Source of the DNA: Enterobacter phage fGh-Ecl02
Strand: one strand, 5' to 3'
Sequence record: ON212266.1
Length of the DNA stretch: 64,000 nucleotides
The stretch's first letter is position 1, and each line of letters opens with the position of its first letter. The notes below the pieces were generated by a model. It was not told the DNA's origin and did no database searches. It was given only the letters and a program-made list of their open reading frames with translations. Positions 8,906-17,361 of the stretch are shown here, piece after piece. The position numbers were made by a program, and so were the translations under genes.

Positions 8906-10924
8906 ATGTCAGAATTTAAGCCCTTCGCAGTAGCTGTCAACAATAACGTGCTGGCCATGTCAGCAACTGGTCTGTTCATGACCAACATCGATAAAGATGC
9001 TCTGTGGGATCTGTATCTGTCTTCTTTCCCTGCTGGCACTAACCCGCTTTATCGTGAGCGTACCGAGCACGACTGTACCTGCTGTAAACAATTCATCCGT
9101 AATATCGGCGGTGTGGTCACCATCGACTCCGACCTGAACGTGATCTCTATCTGGGATAACATTCAGCTGGGTAACGAATACGACGTTGTCGCTTCGGCGC
9201 TGTCAGCGTATGTTAAGCAGCACGCAATCGTCGACGTGTACTTCAACGACACCAAGAAAGTTGGTGTTGAGTCGAATCACGAAATGAAAGACGGTATTGT
9301 CCGCACCTACAACCACTTCCACACCGACCTGCTGGGCAGCTATGTTCTGCGGGCAGATACCATCGCTTCTAAGAAGGGTGAAATCCGCCAGGCGATTGAA
9401 GTGTTTGAGCGCGGCCTGCGTGAACTGTCTCTGGAATCGGCTGAAATCGTTCTTGAATTGATTGACCAGAATTCTCTGTATCGCGGTGAAGAGCACAAAG
9501 CGGCAGTGCAGGCGTTCGTGGTGAACAAGACCCTGTACGAACAAACTGCAGAAGAGAAACGCGCTCTGTGGGCTTGGCGCACTGGCTACCGTGCAAACGG
9601 TCATACCCCTCACGGCATTCGTAATACCGTGATTGGCTCTCTGCTGGTAGACCTCAATGAAGGTCGTGATCTGGAAACCGCCGTGAAGTCCTTTGAAGCC
9701 AAAGTCGCTCCGACGAACTACAAGCGCCCAACCGCGCTGGTCACGAAGTCCATGATTGAAAACGCGCAGAAAGAAGTCGAAGCGCTGGGTCTGACCGATT
9801 CACTGGGTCGCCGTTATGCCGTGTATGACGATCTGACCATCAACAACGTTCTGTTCGCCGATCTGGCAGTTCAGAAGAAGATGGACCCGTTTGCTCAGCT
9901 GGCGTCTGAAGTGAAGACTCCGACCAAGTCCCTGGACAAGGTTGAAGAGATCACGATCGACGACTTCCTGACCAACGTGTTGCCAAAGGCGCATTCCCTG
10001 GAAGTACTGGTCGAAAACTCTCACATTGGCAACCTGATGTCCCTGATCGCTCCGGCTACCGCAGGCGCTCCTAACCTGTTCAAGTGGAACAACGGCTTCA
10101 GCTGGTCGTACAATGGCGAAGTGGCCGACTCCATCAAAGAGCGCGTGAAGACCGCAGGCGGTAATGTCGACAGTTTCCTCCGTGTGTCACTGGCTTGGCA
10201 TAACAACGACGACCTGGATCTGAGCATGAACGATCCTCTTCACAACCACGTATATTTTCGCAACCGTCGTTCGTCAACTGGCGCAACTCTGGACATCGAT
10301 ATGAACGGTATGGATGGGATTGATCCAAACCGCCGTCCGGTGGAGAACATCTTCTTCAGCGATGAACGCAAGCTGCGTGACGGGAATTATGAGTTCTATG
10401 TCACCAACTTCAACAAGCGTGAAACCTGTGACGTTGGTTTCGAAATCGAAGTTGAATACAAAGGCCAGACTAAGCGCTTCTCACACCCTGGCCTGGGTAA
10501 CAAAGATCGCACGTTGGCTGTTGTGGTTCAGGTTCGCGCTGGTCAGGTGGTCAACATCAGTTCTACCCTGAAAGACGACGCTCGCTCTCAGGAAATCTGG
10601 GGCATCAAGACCTCCGTCTTCCAGAAGGTACAGCTGGTTCTGAACTCACCAAACCATTGGGACGGCGAGCAGACTGGCAACAAGCACGTGTTCTTCATCC
10701 TGGAAGGTTGCGCCAACCCTGTCGGCACCCGTGGTTTCTATAACGAATATCTGAAGCCGGAACTTGATAAACACCGCAAGGTTTTTGAAATGTTAGGTGG
10801 TAAGATTAAAGTACAGCCAAGCACTGAGCAGCTGTCCGGTCTGGGCTTCTCTACCACCCAACGCAACCACGTGTTCGTGAAGGTGAGCGGCTCTTTCAAC
10901 CGCACTGTGAAAGTTGTGTTCTAA
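8906..10924 (+). CDS. hypothetical large protein (672 aa) with N-terminal HDCTCC cysteine cluster
   Basis: AGGAAG SD. No P-loop and no polymerase or ligase motifs found. Confidence 0.5.
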   Translation: MSEFKPFAVAVNNNVLAMSATGLFMTNIDKDALWDLYLSSFPAGTNPLYRERTEHDCTCCKQFIRNIGGVVTIDSDLNVISIWDNIQLGNEYDVVASALSAYVKQHAIVDVYFNDTKKVGVESNHEMKDGIVRTYNHFHTDLLGSYVLRADTIASKKGEIRQAIEVFERGLRELSLESAEIVLELIDQNSLYRGEEHKAAVQAFVVNKTLYEQTAEEKRALWAWRTGYRANGHTPHGIRNTVIGSLLVDLNEGRDLETAVKSFEAKVAPTNYKRPTALVTKSMIENAQKEVEALGLTDSLGRRYAVYDDLTINNVLFADLAVQKKMDPFAQLASEVKTPTKSLDKVEEITIDDFLTNVLPKAHSLEVLVENSHIGNLMSLIAPATAGAPNLFKWNNGFSWSYNGEVADSIKERVKTAGGNVDSFLRVSLAWHNNDDLDLSMNDPLHNHVYFRNRRSSTGATLDIDMNGMDGIDPNRRPVENIFFSDERKLRDGNYEFYVTNFNKRETCDVGFEIEVEYKGQTKRFSHPGLGNKDRTLAVVVQVRAGQVVNISSTLKDDARSQEIWGIKTSVFQKVQLVLNSPNHWDGEQTGNKHVFFILEGCANPVGTRGFYNEYLKPELDKHRKVFEMLGGKIKVQPSTEQLSGLGFSTTQRNHVFVKVSGSFNRTVKVVF

Positions 10925-10968
10925 ACCTGATTTGAAATTGTGACCCATTCATCATTGAGGATAGTAAA

Positions 10969-11340
10969 ATGTTTGATAAAGCAACCCGTATGAAACTGCG
11001 CTTCGAGTCTAACAAAGGCCTGTTGTCTGTTGAGCAGGTCTGGGACCTGAGCCTGACTGCCCTGAACGAAATGGCGAAAGGTCTGAGCCGCCAGGTGAAA
11101 GCAGCAGAAACCGATGAAGAAGATTTCATTGGCACCAAAAGTAACGTTGACTCCGAACTGCAGCTGCGCTTCGACGTTGTCAAGCACATCATCGGCGTTA
11201 AGCTGAAAGAACGTGACGACAGCAGAGACGCGGCAGAGCGTAAGGCGAACAACCAGATTATCCTGGAGCTGATCCAGCGTAAGAAACAGCAAGAGCTGGA
11301 AAGCAAATCTGTTGAAGAACTGGAAGCGCTGCTGAAATAA
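10969..11340 (+). CDS. hypothetical charged/coiled-coil protein
   Basis: 123 aa, K/E-rich, followed by a strong intrinsic terminator. Confidence 0.5.
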   Translation: MFDKATRMKLRFESNKGLLSVEQVWDLSLTALNEMAKGLSRQVKAAETDEEDFIGTKSNVDSELQLRFDVVKHIIGVKLKERDDSRDAAERKANNQIILELIQRKKQQELESKSVEELEALLK

Positions 11341-11362
11341 CCCTGTTGGCCTCGGCCTGAGC

Positions 11363-11390
11363 AACCCCGCCATGTGCGGGGTTTCTTTTG
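11363..11390 (+). terminator. intrinsic terminator
   Basis: aaccccgc-catgt-gcggggtt + tcttttg. Confidence 0.75.
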
Positions 11391-11400
11391 GACAAAGAAT

Positions 11401-11811
11401 ATGAAACCTGTTATATGTGATTACTGTGGCCTCCCAGCCGAATTCGTCGGTGGTGATGTTCTCTACCCTCATCGCCCTGACCTCCGCAATCTGAAGTTCT
11501 GGGTGTGCACTCCATGTGATGCCCGTGTCGGTTGCCATGCCCATGGCGACGGCAGACAACCTTTGGGAAGGATGGCGAATGCCGCTCTCCGTGCTGCTAA
11601 GCAGGAAGCCCATAGATCGTTTGACCCATTGTGGAAAAGCGGAGAGAGGAGCAGGAGCGACGCTTACAGTTGGCTGGCGCATAAGCTGGGGATAAAGAAG
11701 CGTGAGTGTCATATTGGCTTGTTCGATATCGACATGTGCCGTAAAGTAGTTGTTGTCTGTCAACAATACGAGGTACATATCAATGTCAAAGGAAATACAA
11801 GAAGCGTTTGA
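11401..11811 (+). CDS. zinc-finger (CxxC...CxxC) domain protein
   Basis: Start at Met10 of the track ORF. CDYCG...CTPCDARVGCH cysteine pattern. Confidence 0.45.
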   Translation: MKPVICDYCGLPAEFVGGDVLYPHRPDLRNLKFWVCTPCDARVGCHAHGDGRQPLGRMANAALRAAKQEAHRSFDPLWKSGERSRSDAYSWLAHKLGIKKRECHIGLFDIDMCRKVVVVCQQYEVHINVKGNTRSV

Positions 11812-12088
11812 GAATCTAACTCAGGCGCTCACCAACTGCAACCGTCTCAACTATTGCAACGACCCATTGCAAAAGCTGAAGTCCCTGGTAGAATCAGAAC
11901 TGGCTAAACTGGCCGAATACAACGCCATCCAAGAAGACGTGGTGTTCATGTCGGACACGGTCGTAGACACCCTTCCGCGCGAAGTGTACAATGTATTGGG
12001 TCGCATCGCAAAGGTGGGTTTCCGTGAACCACAAGACGCCAAACCCACCCCCGAAATTCTTACATCCATCGTTGACTCGTTTAAGTGA
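11783..12088 (+). CDS. hypothetical protein
   Basis: 101 aa (MSKEIQ...), overlaps the end of the upstream gene. Confidence 0.4.
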   Translation: MSKEIQEAFENLTQALTNCNRLNYCNDPLQKLKSLVESELAKLAEYNAIQEDVVFMSDTVVDTLPREVYNVLGRIAKVGFREPQDAKPTPEILTSIVDSFK

Positions 12089-12095
12089 GACCACC

Positions 12096-12329
12096 ATGTC
12101 TAAAGAGATTATTTTTACCGGGGCGGCGCTTGACACCATGTATGCCCTGTACAATCGTGGTCCACTGAGCATTGGCGATATCCCGTCTAAGTCAGGTCTG
12201 GACTTCCTGTTGCGACATAAGCTGGTTGTGGCTGTGGTAGTCAGGGGTGAAACGCAATACGCCGGGTCGATGGCCATGGCTTCCCACTACAAACGTCAGA
12301 CATGGAAGGGCGCTTCCTCCAAATCCTGA
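12096..12329 (+). CDS. hypothetical protein
   Basis: 77 aa (MSKEIIF...), internal Met of the track ORF just after the upstream stop. Confidence 0.35.
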   Translation: MSKEIIFTGAALDTMYALYNRGPLSIGDIPSKSGLDFLLRHKLVVAVVVRGETQYAGSMAMASHYKRQTWKGASSKS

Positions 12330-12397
12330 GTTTGTCAAAACCTTTTCAATATCAATAACGTCCAGCGTAAATGCTGGGCGTTTCAATTAGCAGTACA

Positions 12398-12406
12398 TGG
12401 TATAAT
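12398..12406 (+). promoter_or_regulatory. extended -10 promoter TGgTATAAT
   Basis: TGnTATAAT 29 nt before the ATG at 12435. Confidence 0.45.
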
Positions 12407-12434
12407 GGGACTGCTGACGAATACGAGGTGTATC

Positions 12435-12797
12435 ATGTCTGTGAAGATGAAAGGTGCTGAGTTCAAAACCTATTATCACGATGACCAATATTGGGTACAA
12501 GACGCCTGGCACGAAGATCACGTCATCAAAGTGAATGGCGAATATGTCGAAGATGTAATCGACGATGAGATCCCTAACGATGCTGATGTCGTGATCGAGT
12601 CTGGAGTTGTCTATATTCCGTCTCAAACTGATAGCGGTCGTGTTGAAAAGGAAGTGTCGCTTGTTACTCACTTCAAGAACTGGCGCAAGCAGAACAAATT
12701 CTCCTTCATCGTCGTGACGGTGGAGAAGGACAAGGTCGCCGATGTTCGCCAAGCCCTGCGGTCGATCCCTGGCGTTACTGAAGTCAAGGGCGGCTGA
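12435..12797 (+). CDS. hypothetical protein
   Basis: 120 aa downstream of an extended -10 promoter TGgTATAAT, with GAGG SD. Confidence 0.5.
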   Translation: MSVKMKGAEFKTYYHDDQYWVQDAWHEDHVIKVNGEYVEDVIDDEIPNDADVVIESGVVYIPSQTDSGRVEKEVSLVTHFKNWRKQNKFSFIVVTVEKDKVADVRQALRSIPGVTEVKGG

Positions 12798-12798
12798 T

Positions 12799-12969
12799 AT
12801 GGCCAAACCATTTGAACGTGTGGGCGTCGACAACCTCGACCGCCGCTTTAGCCCATCGGAAACGCTGATGAGTCAGATTGAACTCAATCGCGACTTCCTT
12901 GAATATATGCTGGTCAAGCCGGAAGGTGAGGCCGAAGACAACCCTGAAGAAGGCAATAACGATGATTGA
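12799..12969 (+). CDS. hypothetical small acidic protein
   Basis: 56 aa, overlaps the vWA gene start by 8 nt. Confidence 0.3.
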   Translation: MAKPFERVGVDNLDRRFSPSETLMSQIELNRDFLEYMLVKPEGEAEDNPEEGNNDD

Positions 12970-15163
12970 ATCATTAGAATTTAAGAATGCGGTTGCGACT
13001 GCTGCCCCGTCCAACCATGTAATCGTTGTAGACATTTCCGGCTCGATGTACCGTGCGCTCCCTGAAGTCCGTAAGCACCTGAAGGAGAACCTGCCTTCCT
13101 TGGTGAAGCCAGAAGACACTGTGAGTGTTCTATACTTCTCATCCAAAGGCGACTTTGGCACTGTGTTCGCTGGCCGTCAGATCAATGCAGCATCCGACCT
13201 GAGCGAAATCAACAATCTAATTGACCGCTTCCTGAAACCGTCTGGTTGCACTGGCTTTGTTGAGCCGTTGAAACTGGCGATGGACACTGCTCGTGGCCTG
13301 AAGAAGCCTGGCTATGTCAACAACCTGGCGTTCATGACTGACGGGTATGACAACTGCTGGCGTACCAACGAAATTCTACTGGTTGCTGAGACCCTGCCAT
13401 TTGCTTTCGATAACATTACATTTATCGAATACGGCTGGCACTGTAACCGTGAACTGCTGGCGCAGATGGCCGAACACTCTGGTGCTACTCACGTGTTTGC
13501 CGAAGGTCAGACCGAATACCAGACCGAACTGGAAAACGTGCTGAAGTCATCAGTACCGAAGGTGGTTGTTGATGTGCCTCTGCTATACACCCACGCTATC
13601 TATGTTGAAAACGGCGTAGCAACTGTGCTGGCGGTACAGCCGGATGAAGACCATCCTATCGGCCACGTGAGCATCCCTGAGAGCGTCACCAAGCTGTGGG
13701 TTGTAAACCCTAACATGATCGACCAGATGGATAGCCTGACGGAAATCCAGGCGGCATACGTGCTGGCGTTCTACGGTGTACACACTATGGACGCAGATCT
13801 GGTTTGGGCTGCGCTGAAGAAGACTGGCGACGTTCGCTTCATCAAACAGTACAGCAACTGCTTCACCAAGCAGGACTACTCCAACATCAAGAACGATCTG
13901 GTACAGGCGATTGTTGACGACCAGCTGCGTGGTGTTGACGGTATTGACTATGACCTGGTTCCGGCCGAAGACGCGACCACCGTCGTTGATGTGCTGACGT
14001 ACCTGGCTGAAGCTGGTGTGCCTGTTGCTACCAAGCATCCGATGTTCTCCTATAAGAGTATCGGGCGCGGTACTGTGCAGAAAACCGACGACACCGAAGA
14101 CAAGCTGGCAGAACAGATCGCGAATGCTCAGTCCAAAGAAGAGCGTAAAGCCCTGGCTCTCAAGCTGGCAGAACACGAAGAGTGGAACCCGACGTTCGAA
14201 CCTACCAACGACCTGGGTGTTGTGCCAATCAGCGATTTGGTCTATAACTCCGAGCGCCCGAACATCAGTGTGCGCACTATTCAGCATGGTACTGTGACTG
14301 TCCCTGAGTTCGCACAGAAGAAGTTTGGTCTGCCTGAAGAACTGGATACTTTCCAGTGGCGCAACTACACCATCGTCAAAGACGGTATCATTAACGTGAA
14401 GACTCTGCCGTTCAAGGCTGATATCGAAGTTGTACAGAAGCTGATCGAAATGGGTGTCCACGTGTTTGGTGGTCCGGAAGTGTTTGTCCTGAACCTGGAA
14501 AGCGTACCGCTGGTCAACCGCGCCATGGTCAAGAACATCAGTGCTGCTCAGTTCTTTGCGGATAATGTCCGTCTGGAAGCCCTGAAAGGCAAGCAGAAGG
14601 TGCTGAAGTTCTATCGAGACGCCCTGGTTGGTAAGGGTAACGCCAAAGGCCTGGCAGTACAGTACGGCGCTGAGGCGGCCGAGTTCCTGTCCTCCTACGG
14701 CATCCGCGATTACGGCTTCTCACCGAAGACTGAGACCAAAGAGTCTACCGACTTCTACATGAGCCGTGAGCTGAACGTTAAGATTGCCGGGGCGTCTTCC
14801 CTACCGAGCATCGCGACAGTACAGAAGAAGATTGCTGAGAACAAGAAACTCAATGCGGGTGACTTGTTCATCGCCAATGCGCTGAAGGAGTACGATGCAT
14901 TCGTGAAGTCTCCTATGATCACTGCCGTGCCTGAAGCCTTACAGAAACAGCTGATCGAAAACTGGATCGACGCTGCTGCCAAGGCGGCCATCACCGAAGT
15001 CCGTGCCCTGAACAAGACACTGTCTAAAGTGGTGTATGGTATCGTTGCTGGCCACGGCTGGTTCACCGACCTCGACCTGGAAGAGTCCACCATGGAAGTT
15101 GAAGTGGATGGCGTGAAGTACAAGGTCACTGCCGAACTGACAGAGAAAGAAATCAAAATCTAA
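12962..15163 (+). CDS. von Willebrand factor A (vWA) domain protein with N-terminal MIDAS motif, 733 aa
   Basis: VIVVDISGSM (DxSxS MIDAS) at residues ~25-35 followed by a typical vWA beta-alpha pattern (SVLYFSS...TGFVEPL). The long C-terminal region is unassigned. Confidence 0.7.
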   Translation: MIESLEFKNAVATAAPSNHVIVVDISGSMYRALPEVRKHLKENLPSLVKPEDTVSVLYFSSKGDFGTVFAGRQINAASDLSEINNLIDRFLKPSGCTGFVEPLKLAMDTARGLKKPGYVNNLAFMTDGYDNCWRTNEILLVAETLPFAFDNITFIEYGWHCNRELLAQMAEHSGATHVFAEGQTEYQTELENVLKSSVPKVVVDVPLLYTHAIYVENGVATVLAVQPDEDHPIGHVSIPESVTKLWVVNPNMIDQMDSLTEIQAAYVLAFYGVHTMDADLVWAALKKTGDVRFIKQYSNCFTKQDYSNIKNDLVQAIVDDQLRGVDGIDYDLVPAEDATTVVDVLTYLAEAGVPVATKHPMFSYKSIGRGTVQKTDDTEDKLAEQIANAQSKEERKALALKLAEHEEWNPTFEPTNDLGVVPISDLVYNSERPNISVRTIQHGTVTVPEFAQKKFGLPEELDTFQWRNYTIVKDGIINVKTLPFKADIEVVQKLIEMGVHVFGGPEVFVLNLESVPLVNRAMVKNISAAQFFADNVRLEALKGKQKVLKFYRDALVGKGNAKGLAVQYGAEAAEFLSSYGIRDYGFSPKTETKESTDFYMSRELNVKIAGASSLPSIATVQKKIAENKKLNAGDLFIANALKEYDAFVKSPMITAVPEALQKQLIENWIDAAAKAAITEVRALNKTLSKVVYGIVAGHGWFTDLDLEESTMEVEVDGVKYKVTAELTEKEIKI

Positions 15164-15168
15164 TCCAA

Positions 15169-15194
15169 CGGGCGGGGCAACCCGCCTTTCTTTG
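15169..15194 (+). terminator. intrinsic terminator after the vWA gene
   Basis: ggcggg-gcaa-cccgcc + tttcttt. Confidence 0.65.
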
Positions 15195-15205
15195 GGAGAA
15201 GTAGC

Positions 15206-15529
15206 ATGAGCAGTAAACCAACATATGTTGAAGTCATGCGTCATCTGGCTCAGTACGCCACTGACAATCTGAATATGGATCTGTGGCGTGACGATGACAA
15301 GCGCAAATTGCTGGACGACGTGGCATCTCAGAACGAGGACGCCCTGGACAAGCTGGCTGGCCTCCGTACCAAGAAAGACCTCGGTGGTGACGAACTGGAT
15401 GCCATCGAAATCGTAATGGAACTAGAAGAAGAGTTTCAGGTCGAAATCGACGACGGGTGGCTAGGTAGTAAAGGCGATGACCCGACCATGGGTGAACTCG
15501 CTGAACTCGTGGTTGCCCTGCGCAAATAA
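15206..15529 (+). CDS. acyl carrier protein-like protein lacking the phosphopantetheine-acceptor serine (Ser->Glu)
   Basis: DLGGDELDAIEIVMELEEEFQVEI versus E. coli ACP [24 protein letters not shown]. The DSL serine is replaced by E. GGGAG SD. Terminators on both sides. Confidence 0.6.
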   Translation: MSSKPTYVEVMRHLAQYATDNLNMDLWRDDDKRKLLDDVASQNEDALDKLAGLRTKKDLGGDELDAIEIVMELEEEFQVEIDDGWLGSKGDDPTMGELAELVVALRK

Positions 15530-15533
15530 CAGA

Positions 15534-15565
15534 AGTCCCCAACAAACGTTGGGGATTTTTACTTT
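15534..15565 (+). terminator. intrinsic terminator after the ACP-like gene
   Basis: tccccaac-aaac-gttgggga + ttttt. Confidence 0.75.
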
Positions 15566-15572
15566 TAGGGGG

Positions 15573-15601
15573 TTTACTTCCTCTAAGGAATGTCCTATTA
15601 T
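15573..15601 (+). promoter_or_regulatory. T4-type early (sigma70-like) promoter gTTTACT-N17-TATTAT
   Basis: Exact 17-nt spacing, one of five copies of the same architecture. Confidence 0.55.
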
Positions 15602-15652
15602 TCAATAACTGGCGAACGATGGGTTCACCGGGTTGAAAGGTAAGATTATATC

Positions 15653-15892
15653 ATGAAGAACAAAATGGTCGAAACTTCAGTAGAGATTGATCGCAATTGG
15701 GGATTGCTCCGCGCTAAAGGGTTCCGTCGTGTGTATGCGACCAAAGAAGTCTACGCACAGCGTCGTGACGTTATCATCAGCAAGAAAGGCAAAGAGTGGG
15801 TTGCTGAAGAAGTTGATGTCGAGACAGGCATCGTAGGAAAGGTAAAGGCCAAGGCCGTGATCCTCTTCGCTCTTCTGAAGCACATCAGTTAA
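15653..15892 (+). CDS. hypothetical protein
   Basis: 79 aa, start embedded in the TATATCATG motif, downstream of a TTTACT-N17-TATTAT promoter. Confidence 0.45.
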   Translation: MKNKMVETSVEIDRNWGLLRAKGFRRVYATKEVYAQRRDVIISKKGKEWVAEEVDVETGIVGKVKAKAVILFALLKHIS

Positions 15893-15907
15893 TTCTATAA
15901 CTTTGGG

Positions 15908-15925
15908 CGGGGTATGATTACCCCG
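15908..15925 (+). repeat. hairpin repeat copy A cggggta-TGAT-taccccg
   Basis: Near-identical to copies at 16466 and 50583. Confidence 0.6.
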
Positions 15926-15951
15926 TCTATTTGAAATGCAGGAACTATACC

Positions 15952-16458
15952 ATGACCGATCAACAAATTCAAGATTTATTTTACCTCGTCCATGATAAGT
16001 CCCACATCATGCGCCCCGGTACTGTTTCCCCTGCCGTCCGTGATCTGGTGCAAGAATTGCGCGAACCGCAGACGACCACACTTTATCGCGGGCTGCCTAA
16101 AGAGGACGTTGCGCGTTTAGAGATGATGTTTGAACGAGGCGACATGTTCCAGACATGGGATTCTTGTCTTAGCTTCAGTGAACTGAAGCATGTGGCCAAA
16201 AAATTTTCTAAATCGTACGGGACCAAAGCTGTTGCCCGCATTTGTTACAAACATCGAATCGGACTCCCGGAAGGGCTTAACGTCTATGGTTCTCTAGAAA
16301 AATTTGTGAACAAAGGCGATGAATCAGAAATGGATATGCTGGACTTGGCGTCCATGGAGAAAGAATGGATATTCTGCCAGCCTCGCGTCATACCAGTTTC
16401 AAGAAAAATGGCAACAGACGGGACGATGGTTTTTACCGTATCACTTGTTACCCTATAA
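15952..16458 (+). CDS. hypothetical protein
   Basis: 169 aa, Met8 of the track ORF, start motif GGAACTATACCATG after hairpin repeat copy A. Confidence 0.5.
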   Translation: MTDQQIQDLFYLVHDKSHIMRPGTVSPAVRDLVQELREPQTTTLYRGLPKEDVARLEMMFERGDMFQTWDSCLSFSELKHVAKKFSKSYGTKAVARICYKHRIGLPEGLNVYGSLEKFVNKGDESEMDMLDLASMEKEWIFCQPRVIPVSRKMATDGTMVFTVSLVTL

Positions 16459-16465
16459 ACCCACG

Positions 16466-16487
16466 GCGGGGTATGATTACCCCGCCC
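16466..16487 (+). repeat. hairpin repeat copy B ggcggggta-TGAT-taccccgcc
   Basis: See copy A. Confidence 0.6.
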
Positions 16488-16510
16488 ATTTGAAACCAAG
16501 AGACTATATC

Positions 16511-16885
16511 ATGAAAAAGTTAATCCTCGCTGTTGCCCTGCTGGGCGCTTCCTTTGCTGCTGTTTCCGCCCCTCCTGTCATCACCGGAGTGTCTACCAAC
16601 GGTGTTTATGCTTTCAAGGCGTATGGCCAAGACCTCGTTCTGTATAAGAACGGGAAGATGATTGAGCGCTGCGTATCAGACGACGTGAATCGTGGGATCG
16701 ACAATCAGGGTAGCCCATACGTCCTGGACATCTATTCCTGCTCCAACGGGACGAAGTCCTTTGGCGTCAAAACCTTTGGCAACGTCGCCGACGGTGGCTG
16801 GGGCTTCATGTTCGAAACCCGCAACCACCACCCGGTCAAGACCATGCAAGAAGAGTTCTTGATCTCTGTCGGGGGTACGTTATGA
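16511..16885 (+). CDS. secreted protein (cleavable signal peptide)
   Basis: MKKLILAVALLGASFAAVSA signal peptide. Start motif ACTATATCATG after hairpin repeat copy B. Confidence 0.5.
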   Translation: MKKLILAVALLGASFAAVSAPPVITGVSTNGVYAFKAYGQDLVLYKNGKMIERCVSDDVNRGIDNQGSPYVLDIYSCSNGTKSFGVKTFGNVADGGWGFMFETRNHHPVKTMQEEFLISVGGTL

Positions 16886-17169
16886 CACCATCCGAGAGAA
16901 GTTCTATCAAGGAGATGATCAGAGACAAGGCGTGTGTTGGCCATACTCAGTCAGAGAACATCTTGCGCCTGATGGTAATAAAGAACGATATCGATAACAG
17001 CCGATTCCAATCAGCGCTCTACGGGCTTCTCGAGTTCGTTCTCCGCCAGGCTGATCTTGGTCCTGTCGGTACTCTTGATGATCTAACCAAGCTGTTGAAC
17101 ACGGGCGGGGAAACTTTCGACACCGCTCGTATCCTGATTGACGGTGGACCTGAAGAAGACGAGGTATAA
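16882..17169 (+). CDS. hypothetical protein
   Basis: 95 aa, translationally coupled (ATGA overlap). Confidence 0.4.
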   Translation: MTPSERSSIKEMIRDKACVGHTQSENILRLMVIKNDIDNSRFQSALYGLLEFVLRQADLGPVGTLDDLTKLLNTGGETFDTARILIDGGPEEDEV

Positions 17170-17329
17170 TTTGGATAAAGAATTAGTTTGGGAAATTGTG
17201 AAGGGTGTCCTAGTAATAATCGCGGTGGTTTTCATCTTGGGTGGGAACTTCTTCTATTGGTTATTCCGATCCGACCAGAAACGTCGCGAACGCAAGGAGA
17301 AAGAGAGAAAGGATCGATGGATGCGCTAA
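17138..17329 (+). CDS. small membrane protein (1 TM)
   Basis: VLVIIAVVFILGGNFFYWLF hydrophobic helix followed by an RRERKEKERK tail. Start uncertain. Confidence 0.3.
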   Translation: MTVDLKKTRYNLDKELVWEIVKGVLVIIAVVFILGGNFFYWLFRSDQKRRERKEKERKDRWMR

Positions 17330-17361
17330 CTAAGGGATAACCCTATATCCCGAGGTGTGTC

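Noticed and set aside
6627-10924. Split or diverged DNA polymerase (gene 43) hypothesis for the 290/407/672-aa proteins
   Set aside because: No exonuclease (DIE, YNxxxFD) or polymerase (DxxSLYPS, YGDTDS) motifs. The polymerase must lie outside the window.
10921-11778. 285-aa minus-strand ORF
   Set aside because: It spans a plus-strand intrinsic terminator and two plus-strand genes with good SDs. Low-complexity translation.
13583-14461. 292-aa minus-strand ORF
   Set aside because: It lies entirely antisense within the well-supported vWA gene, with no SD or promoter. Typical shadow ORF in a GC-rich coding region.
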